A stretch of 64,000 nt of DNA, from positions 31,231 to 95,230 of the forward strand of contig PUKE01000090.1 in the NCBI GenBank assembly GCA_003550425.1, read 5' to 3'. This DNA comes from Nitriliruptoria bacterium. GTDB lineage: Bacteria > Actinomycetota > Nitriliruptoria > Euzebyales > Egibacteraceae. Numbering within the stretch: position 1 is the first letter of the stretch; each line of letters begins with the position of its first letter. Positions 29,689 through 36,864 of this stretch are shown here, piece by piece. A model generated the notes under the pieces. The model saw only the letters and a list, made by a program, of their open reading frames with translations. It did not search any database and was not told the DNA's origin. Position numbers and translations under genes: made by a program.

Positions 29689-30863
29689 TCGGGCGCACGC
29701 GCGGCGCGCCCGCGCCCCGGGTGCTGCTGTGCACCACCAACGGCATCGGCCTCGGCCATCTCACGCGGGCCATGGCGATCGGGCGTCGGCTCCCCTCCCC
29801 CCTGACGCCCGTGGTGTTCACCACCTCCCAGGCGGTGCCGGTGGTGCGCGAGCAGGGCTTCCTCGTCGAGCACCTGCCCTCCCCGGGCGCGGTGCCCTTG
29901 GACGCGATGGACTGGGAGCTGCTCTACCAGCAGCGCCTCGCGCACCTGCTCGCCACCTACGACCCGGCCGTGGTCCTGTTCGACGGGGTGCACCCGTATC
30001 TCGGGTTCCTGATGGCGACCCGGCGCCGGAGCCAGCGCCACCGTCGGGTCGTGTGGTGCCGCCGCGGGATGTGGCAGCCGGGGCTCGGCGCCACCGCCCT
30101 GGCGCGGTCGGTGCACTTCGACGCGATCCTCGAGCCCGGTGACCTGGCCTCGCCGGCCGATCGCGGGCTCACCGCCGCGGTCGAGGACGGAGCGCACCGG
30201 GTGGACCCCGTGCTGCTGTGCGACCCGGCCGAGCAGCGCTCCCGTGCCGAGGCGTGCCGCGCGCTCGGGCTCGACCCGGCGGCCCGGTGGGCGCTGGTGC
30301 AGCTAGGCGGTGGGGCCGCCGGGGACCCGTCGAGCCCACTCGGCGCGGCCCTCGCCGCCCTGCGCGCGATCCCGGGGCTGCGCGTGGCCGTCGCCGAGTC
30401 CACCCTCGTCCCGCCTCGCGACGACCTCCCCGACGACGTCGCGCGGATCCGCCGCTACCCGCTGGCCCCGGACCTGTCCGCCTTCGACGTCGTGCTGACC
30501 GCCGCGGGCTACAACACCTTCCACGAGTGCCTGGCAGCCGCCGCACCGACAGTGCTGGTGCCAGCCGAGCGCAACCGCGACGACCAGCACGCCCGCGCGA
30601 GGTTCGCCGCAGCGCACGGCCTCGCCCGCTGCTGGGAGGAGCGGACCGTCGACTCGCTGCGCGCCCACGTGGAGGCGCTGCTCGACCCCGAGGGCGCGAC
30701 CGCCGTGCGCAGCAGGCTCGCGGGTTGGGCCCGACCCAACGGGGCCGTCGCCGCAGCGCGCCTCCTGGCCGAGCAGGCACGCGCGACAGGAGCCGCGGGG
30801 CTGGACGACGCTGGCGCCCGCGTCGCCGATGCGTCACGGGAGGGTCCGGCGTGCGGGCGGTGA
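29685..30863 (+). CDS. GT-B fold glycosyltransferase, MurG/GT28-like
   Basis: GTG at 29685 (GTGA overlap). N-terminal LLCTTNGIGLGHLTRAMAIG and C-terminal AAGYNTFHECLAAAAPTVLVPAER resemble the GT28 / MurG-type donor-binding half. Family-level call only. Confidence 0.72.
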   Translation: MIGRTRGAPAPRVLLCTTNGIGLGHLTRAMAIGRRLPSPLTPVVFTTSQAVPVVREQGFLVEHLPSPGAVPLDAMDWELLYQQRLAHLLATYDPAVVLFDGVHPYLGFLMATRRRSQRHRRVVWCRRGMWQPGLGATALARSVHFDAILEPGDLASPADRGLTAAVEDGAHRVDPVLLCDPAEQRSRAEACRALGLDPAARWALVQLGGGAAGDPSSPLGAALAALRAIPGLRVAVAESTLVPPRDDLPDDVARIRRYPLAPDLSAFDVVLTAAGYNTFHECLAAAAPTVLVPAERNRDDQHARARFAAAHGLARCWEERTVDSLRAHVEALLDPEGATAVRSRLAGWARPNGAVAAARLLAEQARATGAAGLDDAGARVADASREGPACGR

Positions 30864-31324
30864 CCCAGGCCTCACGGGCGCTGGCACGCCATCTGGCGAC
30901 CCGCCTGCCGCCCGACGCCCAGCTGGCGCTGAAGCGCCTGGCGCTGCGCCGGCGCCGCGCCGGGCGCGTCCTGGCCACCGACCCGCTCGGGAGGCGGCGG
31001 GCCACCTCGCTGGCCGATCCCCCCGGCGCGCGCGGTCACGGGGTCACGGCCGTCCTCGCGCTCGGCGCCGACCGCGACGGCCTCGAGCGTGCCTGCGCCC
31101 AGGCCGCGGAGCTCCAGCAGGAGGGGCGGGGCGTGGTGGTGATCAGCGATCGCGACGACACCGACCTGGCGCGGCGCCACGGCGTGGTCCTGGAGCTGCT
31201 GCCCGACGCCGCGCGCTGGCGCGCGGTCACCGGCGCCGATGCCGACGAGCACCGTCGGTTCCTGCGCGCCCGCCTGGCCCTGCTCGCGCAGGCCTGGGGC
31301 GTCACCGCGGTGCGACGCGGCTGA
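30851..31324 (+). CDS. hypothetical protein (157 aa), last gene of the coupled glycosyltransferase cluster
   Basis: GTG at 30851, 7 nt after GGGAGGG, with a 13-nt overlap on the upstream gene. Almost every codon ends in G/C (coding-type GC3). No recognisable motif. Confidence 0.6.
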   Translation: MRAVTQASRALARHLATRLPPDAQLALKRLALRRRRAGRVLATDPLGRRRATSLADPPGARGHGVTAVLALGADRDGLERACAQAAELQQEGRGVVVISDRDDTDLARRHGVVLELLPDAARWRAVTGADADEHRRFLRARLALLAQAWGVTAVRRG

Positions 31325-33669
31325 CGCTGCGGCGTCGCGCGCGGGCGCGGCCCCTCGAAGGTCACCTCGACGGTGCCGTGCTGGTCGGTGCGGTACACCC
31401 GCGTGCCGGCCGCGGCGAGGTCGGCGAGCACCTCGGGATGGGGATGCCCGTAGGAGTTGTCCCGGCCGGCGCTGATGACCCCGACCTCGGCCCCGACGGC
31501 CACGTGGAAGCCTGGCGCGTTGGTGTCGCCGCCGTGGTGGGCGACCTGGAGCAGCGCAGCGGGCAGGCGCTCGGGGTGGGTGGCGAGCAGATGGCGCTGC
31601 GCGGCGAGCTCGGCGTCGCCGGTGAGCAGCAGCCGGGCCTCGTCGTGGACCACCTCGAGCACGACCGAGACCTCGTTGGGCTCGCTGGCCGGCAGGGAGC
31701 CGTCGGCGGGCGGGCCGACCACCGTCACCTGGGCTGATCCCAGCGCGAAGGCCTGTCCCCCGGTGACCGGCACCAGCGGCACGTCCTGCGCGCGTGCCCA
31801 GGCGTAGGTCTCGTGGACCGAGCGCGCGTGCTCCTCGCCGATCGGGTCGGGTCCCACGAGCAGGGCGGCGACCTCGTGCTCGCGCAGCACCGCCGGCATG
31901 CCGCCCGAGTGATCGTGGTGGGGGTGGGACAGCACCATCGCGTCCAGCGCGGTGACCCCGCGATCGGCCAGGTGGTCGACGGCGTCGTCGGCCTCGAGGC
32001 CGGCGTCGTAGAGCAGGCGCGCGGTGCCGCCATCGTCGTCGGGGACCTCCACCAGGACCGCGAGGGCCTGCCCGACGTCGAGGAAGGTCACGGTCAGCGC
32101 GTCGACGTCGGCGGGTCCGCGGCCCGGCAGCGGCGCGAGCGCCACGACCGCCACCAGGCAGCCGGTCGCCAGTGCCAACCGCGGCGCGCGGCGCCGCAGC
32201 GCCAGCACGCCCAGCGCGCTGCCGGCCAGCGCCCACGGCCAGGGGCTCGCCAGCGCCTGCCCGGTCAGCCGCGGCCCGGCGGAGAACGTCTCGGCGGCCC
32301 ACACGATCACCGCGACCGGCGCGCCGGCGGCGGCGGCGAGCACCCCGGCGGCGGCAGGCCAGGCCTGGGCGAGCAGCGCCGCGACGACGCCCAGGGTCTG
32401 CGCGAGCGCCGCGGCGGGCACCGCGATGACGTTGGCCGGGACCGACCCCGCGCCGATCCCGTCCATGGTCAGCAGCAGCGGTGCGGCCCCCAGCTGGGCC
32501 CCGAGCGTCACCGCGACCGGTAGGGCCAGCGCTCGTGGGCCGGGCAGCCGGTCTGCGAGCCAGGGCGCGACCACGAGCACGCCGGCGGTGGCGCTGACCG
32601 ACAGGCCGAAGCCGAGCTGGCTGGCCAGCCGCGGGTCGAGCAGCAGCAGCACCGTGACGGCGGTGGCCAGCGCATGGCGTGGCTCACTGCCGCGTCCGCT
32701 GATGCCGGCGGCCAGCACCAGCGCGGCCATCCCCGAGGCGCGCAGCACGCTCGGCTGCCAGCGGGTCAGCACCGCGAACCAGGCCAGGCACGCCAGCGCC
32801 ACGAGCCGCCGCCCCCGCACGCCCGCGCGGAGCAGCGCGCTCGTGGCCAGGACCCCGGCGAGCAGCACGCCGACGTGGCGCCCCGAGACCACCACGAGAT
32901 GGGCCAGCCCGGCCTGCGACAGCTGCTCGCGCAGCACTGGCGGCTCACCGCGTCGATCGCCGGTCACCAGCGCGGTGAGCACCGCCGCGCGCTCCTCGGG
33001 CAGCGCCGCATGGGCGACGGCCGCGAAGCGGTCGCGCGCGCCCTGCGTGGAGGCGAGCAGCCAGCCGGGCGCCTCCAGGGGCTCGGGCTCGCCGTGGACG
33101 CGCAGGCGGGCGCTGGCGCCCAGCCGCGCGACGTGGGCCTCGAGGCCCTCGGGCTCGAGCGGTCCGAGCGTGACGCGCGCACTCACCCGCTCCCCCACGG
33201 TCGGTGGTGCGATGCCGGCGTCGAGCCACCACCAGGCCCGCTCGCGCAGGGCCCGCCCGTCCAGCTCCTCGACGCGCACGACCTGCCAGCCACCGTGGGT
33301 GCCCCGCAGGTCGGTGACGGCCACGGCCTCGACCACGCCGGTGGTGCCCGCCTGCGCCTCCTGCGCCAGCACGCCCTGCTCGGCCACCGCCGTGCGCGCC
33401 CCTGCGCTGCCGGCGGCGACGAGCGCGATGGCGAGCGCCAGGAGGGCCAGGCGCGACGCCCGGGCTGCCCGCCCGCCGGGGTCGAGGTCGTCGGCGCGGT
33501 CGGGCTGACGCCAGGCCAGGACCCCGAGGCCCAGGCCGAGCGCCGCGAGCGCGAGCGCCGCCAGCGGTGGCCAGGCGGCGGGCCACAGCGCGAGCGTGCG
33601 GTCGGGCGCGCCAGCGAGCGCGCCCAGCCAGGCCGCGGCCGCCACCAGCCACGCCGCGGGGGTGGTCAC
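31036..33669 (-). CDS. comEC: DNA internalisation-related competence protein ComEC/Rec2 (with metallo-beta-lactamase domain)
   Basis: Polytopic competence domain followed by an MBL domain (VLSHPHHDHSGG...VAHHGGD...GHPHPEV). GTG at 33669 overlaps the comEA stop (GTGA). Conserved sequence ends near 31345 (RTDQHGTVEVTFEG), but the frame stays open to 31036. Confidence 0.85.
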   Translation of the reverse strand: MTTPAAWLVAAAAWLGALAGAPDRTLALWPAAWPPLAALALAALGLGLGVLAWRQPDRADDLDPGGRAARASRLALLALAIALVAAGSAGARTAVAEQGVLAQEAQAGTTGVVEAVAVTDLRGTHGGWQVVRVEELDGRALRERAWWWLDAGIAPPTVGERVSARVTLGPLEPEGLEAHVARLGASARLRVHGEPEPLEAPGWLLASTQGARDRFAAVAHAALPEERAAVLTALVTGDRRGEPPVLREQLSQAGLAHLVVVSGRHVGVLLAGVLATSALLRAGVRGRRLVALACLAWFAVLTRWQPSVLRASGMAALVLAAGISGRGSEPRHALATAVTVLLLLDPRLASQLGFGLSVSATAGVLVVAPWLADRLPGPRALALPVAVTLGAQLGAAPLLLTMDGIGAGSVPANVIAVPAAALAQTLGVVAALLAQAWPAAAGVLAAAAGAPVAVIVWAAETFSAGPRLTGQALASPWPWALAGSALGVLALRRRAPRLALATGCLVAVVALAPLPGRGPADVDALTVTFLDVGQALAVLVEVPDDDGGTARLLYDAGLEADDAVDHLADRGVTALDAMVLSHPHHDHSGGMPAVLREHEVAALLVGPDPIGEEHARSVHETYAWARAQDVPLVPVTGGQAFALGSAQVTVVGPPADGSLPASEPNEVSVVLEVVHDEARLLLTGDAELAAQRHLLATHPERLPAALLQVAHHGGDTNAPGFHVAVGAEVGVISAGRDNSYGHPHPEVLADLAAAGTRVYRTDQHGTVEVTFEGPRPRATPQRQPRRTAVTPQACASRARRARRNRRCSSASAPVTARQRAASGSSSRTTPWRRARSVSSRSLITTTPRPSCWSSAAWAQARSRPSRSAPSARTAVTP

Positions 33670-34394
33670 AGCGTCAGGTGGTCGCGGAGCTGCTCGAGGG
33701 TGGCCTCCCCGATGCCGGGCACCTCGAGGAGCTCCTCGACGGCGGCGAAGTCGCCGTGGGCCTCACGGTGCGACAGGATCCGCTCCGCGGTGACCTCGCC
33801 GACGCCGGGCAGCGCCTCCAGCGCGGCCGCGTCGGCGGTGTTCAGCGGCACCGGCGCGTCCTCGGCCTGCCCGTCCGGGGCCTGCGCCGCGGCGCGGGTG
33901 GCGGCGTCGTCGTCGACGTGGGGCACGTGCAGGCGCTCGCCGTCGCGCAGCGGTCGGGCGAGGTTGACCGCCTCGAGGTCGGCACCGGCCGTCGGCCCGC
34001 CGGCGGCCTCGACGGCGTCGGTCACCCGATCGGCGTCGGAGAGCGTGACCACGCCGGGCTGGGCGACCTGTCCGGTGACGTGCACCGCGACCGGGTCCGG
34101 CTCGGCGGGTGCCGCCGGCGTGGGCGCGACCGGCTCGCCGGTGGTCGGGTCGGCCGGCGCGGCAGGCTTGCCGGGATCGGCCGGATCGGTCGGATCGGCT
34201 GGCGCGGCCGGATCGACGGGGTCAGCGCCCTCGGCGAGGTCGCCCGCGGGGTCGGCCGCTGGCACCGCGAGCCAGAGCAGGCCTGCCGTGACGACCACCG
34301 CGCCAGCCGCGAGCACCGCGAGCGCCAACGCCTCGGCGCGCGTGCAGCGCAAGGTGCCCCGCATCGCGTCGAGCCACTCGCGCCAGGCGACCAT
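33666..34394 (-). CDS. comEA: ComEA family DNA-binding protein (SLBB + helix-hairpin-helix)
   Basis: 242 aa. N-terminal TM segment, Pro/Ala/Asp-rich linker, SLBB-like VAVHVTGQVAQPGVVTL, and C-terminal HhH motifs LNTADAAALEALPGVG...LLEVPGIG. Confidence 0.88.
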   Translation of the reverse strand: MVAWREWLDAMRGTLRCTRAEALALAVLAAGAVVVTAGLLWLAVPAADPAGDLAEGADPVDPAAPADPTDPADPGKPAAPADPTTGEPVAPTPAAPAEPDPVAVHVTGQVAQPGVVTLSDADRVTDAVEAAGGPTAGADLEAVNLARPLRDGERLHVPHVDDDAATRAAAQAPDGQAEDAPVPLNTADAAALEALPGVGEVTAERILSHREAHGDFAAVEELLEVPGIGEATLEQLRDHLTL

Positions 34395-34469
34395 GCCCTG
34401 ACGCTACGGCAGGCGACCGCCGCGCCGACGACGCGGGCCGGCGCGGCTGTGGACGACCCCAGCCTGGGC

Positions 34470-35576
34470 TCAGCCCGGTGGAGCGCTCGCCGCCAGCGGC
34501 TCCTGCGCGGCCGCCACGCGACCGCAGGTCGGGTCGGCGGCCAGCACGTCCCCGGTCAGCGCGTAGGCGCGCGCCCGGCTGCCGCCGCAGGTCTCGCGCC
34601 AGTCACAGTCGCCGCAGATCCCGCCGAGGCGGGTGGGGTCGCGCAGCGCCTGCATGAGCGGAGCCTCGCGGTACACCACGCCGAGGTCGTCGTGGCGCGC
34701 GTCGCCGACCGTGACCGGCAGGAAGCCGCTGGGCTGCACCTCGCCCTTGGCGGAGACGAACAGGAAGCCCTTGCCGTCGTTGGCCGAGCCCGCCGGCGGC
34801 GGGTCGAGCCCGAGGTCGCCGCGCACGCGCCGATAGGTCGGCGCCGCGGTGGTCCGCACCCCGAAGGGCAGGTCGTCGGCGATCCGCGCGAGCCAGCGCA
34901 GGGTCTCCTCCTGCTCGTCGGCCGACAGCGGCGTCATCGTCTGCCCGCGGCCGGTCGGGACGAGGAAGAACAGGTTCCACATGGTCACGCCGAGGTCGCC
35001 GACGAGCTCGGCCAGTGCGGGCAGGTCCGCGACGGTCTCGCGGGTGACCGACGTGCCGATCTGCAGCCGCGCGCCCAGCGGCGCCACCCACTCGCACGCG
35101 GTGCGGCTGCGCTCGAAGGAGCCGCGGACCCCGCGCAGCCCGTCGTGGGTCTCCGGCCCCGCGCCGTCCAGGGACAGGTGGATGGTGCTGGCACCCGCCG
35201 CCACCAGCGACGCGACCCGCTCGTGGCGCAGCAGCCCCGTCACCGCCGGCGAGACGCCGACGTGCAGGCCCCGCTCGGCGCCGTGGGCGATGAGGGCCTC
35301 GAGGTCGTCGCGCCGCAGCGGGTCACCGCCCGTCAGGACCACGACCTTGGCGCCCGCGTCGGCGATCCCGTCGATCAGCGCGAGGCCCTCGTCGGTGTCG
35401 AGCTCGTCGGGCTGGCGCTGCCGGATCGCCTCGGCCCTGCAGTGCAGGCACCGCAGGCCGCAGGCGCGGGTGGTCTCCCAGGCCACGGTGATCGGCGCCT
35501 GGCTCAGGTCGAAGCGCGGCCGTCCGGGCGGGCCCGGCGTCGACGGGGCGTGCCCGTTGCCGTGGGCGCTGCTCAT
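34470..35576 (-). CDS. radical SAM / SPASM-type protein (NirJ/AhbC/AhbD-like)
   Basis: ATG at 35576 overlaps the upstream stop (ATGA). WETTRACGLRCLHCRA (CX3CX2C) and C-terminal Cys cluster ICGDCDWRETCGGSRARA. Confidence 0.85.
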   Translation of the reverse strand: MSSAHGNGHAPSTPGPPGRPRFDLSQAPITVAWETTRACGLRCLHCRAEAIRQRQPDELDTDEGLALIDGIADAGAKVVVLTGGDPLRRDDLEALIAHGAERGLHVGVSPAVTGLLRHERVASLVAAGASTIHLSLDGAGPETHDGLRGVRGSFERSRTACEWVAPLGARLQIGTSVTRETVADLPALAELVGDLGVTMWNLFFLVPTGRGQTMTPLSADEQEETLRWLARIADDLPFGVRTTAAPTYRRVRGDLGLDPPPAGSANDGKGFLFVSAKGEVQPSGFLPVTVGDARHDDLGVVYREAPLMQALRDPTRLGGICGDCDWRETCGGSRARAYALTGDVLAADPTCGRVAAAQEPLAASAPPG

Positions 35577-36754
35577 GCGAACGCCCCCTCCGCGGCCAGG
35601 TCCTCGACGCCGATCTCGGCGTCGGTGAGGTAGCAGCCCGGGTCCGAGCCCCACTGGCCGTCGCCCACGGCCTTGGCGCGGGCGCGGAGGTTGCCGCCGC
35701 ACACCGGCAGGTAGCGGCACGAGGCGCAGCGCCCGGCCAGGCGCTGCTCCTTGGACCGCAGCTCGCCGAGCAGGCCCGACTCGTCGGCCCAGATCTGCGA
35801 CAGCGGCTGCTCCTTGACCGAGCCCACCCTCTGGCCCCAGCTGAACTGGTCGGGGTGGACGTTGCCGGTGTTGTCGACGTGGGCGATCGCCTTGCCCGAC
35901 CGGTTGCCGCCCACGCGCTCCAAGCGCTCCCAGGCGGCGGTCGTGTCGCGGCCCTGCTCCTCGAGCCAGCCGAGCAGCCGGGCGCCGTCGGCCGCGTTGG
36001 CGACGGTCAGGATCTCCTTGTCGGGCCGCTCGACGCGCATCCGGTCGGCGAACTCGATGATCCGGTCGACCGCGGCGCGGGACTGCTCGTGGGTGATGGT
36101 CTCGGCCATCGCGGCGCGTCCCCGGCCCGAGGGCGCGAAGTGGTAGAAGCAGGCGCGGTCGAGGTCCTCGGCCTCGATCAGCTCGAGGATCTCCTCGAGG
36201 TGCGGCGTCGCGGTGGCGGTCAGCGTCATCCGCAGCCCGACCCGCTGGCCGCGGGCCTTGAGGTTGCGCACCCCCTCGAGGCTGCGCTGGAACGCGCCGG
36301 GCTCGCCGCGGAAGTCGTCGTGCGCCGCGCCCACGCCATCGAAGCTGATGCCGAAGTAGGAGAAGCCGGCCTGCGCGGCACGATCGGCGAAGGCCTCGTC
36401 GGCCACGAGCGTGCCGTTGGTCGACAGCGTCACGCGCAGCCCCCCGGCGCTGGCGTGCTCGGCGAAGTCGAGGGCGCGCGGGTGCATCAGCGGCTCCCCG
36501 CCGCTCATCAGCAGCCCGCTGGCCGGCATCGCGATCAGGTCGTCCAGGAACGCGAAGGCCTGCTCGTCGGTGAGCTCACCGGGATAGGGCTTGTCGATCG
36601 ACGCCGAGTAGCAGTGCCGGCAGGCGAGGTTGCAGCGCCGCGTGACCGTCCAGGCCACCACCGGTCGCCGAGCCCCGGCGGGGCGCCGCGTGCCGTAGCG
36701 GACGTCGTCGGGGTCGGGCGGCGTCGGGTCGAGCAGGCGGGTGAGGTTCAGCAT
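35573..36754 (-). CDS. radical SAM / SPASM-type protein (NirJ/AhbC/AhbD-like)
   Basis: ATG at 36754 (MLNLTRLL...). WTVTRRCNLACRHCYS (CX3CX2C), GGNRSGKAIAHVDNTGNVHPDQF, and C-terminal GRCASCRYLPVCGGNLRARA...DPGCYLTD. Confidence 0.87.
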   Translation of the reverse strand: MLNLTRLLDPTPPDPDDVRYGTRRPAGARRPVVAWTVTRRCNLACRHCYSASIDKPYPGELTDEQAFAFLDDLIAMPASGLLMSGGEPLMHPRALDFAEHASAGGLRVTLSTNGTLVADEAFADRAAQAGFSYFGISFDGVGAAHDDFRGEPGAFQRSLEGVRNLKARGQRVGLRMTLTATATPHLEEILELIEAEDLDRACFYHFAPSGRGRAAMAETITHEQSRAAVDRIIEFADRMRVERPDKEILTVANAADGARLLGWLEEQGRDTTAAWERLERVGGNRSGKAIAHVDNTGNVHPDQFSWGQRVGSVKEQPLSQIWADESGLLGELRSKEQRLAGRCASCRYLPVCGGNLRARAKAVGDGQWGSDPGCYLTDAEIGVEDLAAEGAFA

Positions 36755-36776
36755 CGCAGTGCCTCGTCGTCGGGAT

Positions 36777-36797
36777 CCCTGGGCGCAAGCGCCAGGG
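36777..36797 (-). terminator. 9-bp stem (one bulge) hairpin between the GGDEF-EAL gene and the radical SAM genes
   Basis: ccctgggcgc aa gcgccaggg. No U-tract. Could be a terminator or an intercistronic stem-loop. Confidence 0.4.
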
Positions 36798-36864
36798 TTG
36801 CGGTCGATGCAGGGCACCCCAACGGTCGAGGGTCCCAGGCGGCGCGGGACCTTCGCGCGCCCTC

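Noticed and set aside
31036-33669. comEC as a frameshifted pseudogene
   Set aside because: The frame is intact from the GTG at 33669 through both the competence and MBL domains, with all MBL motifs in order. Only the C-terminal read-through is odd, and that is reported as a finding instead.
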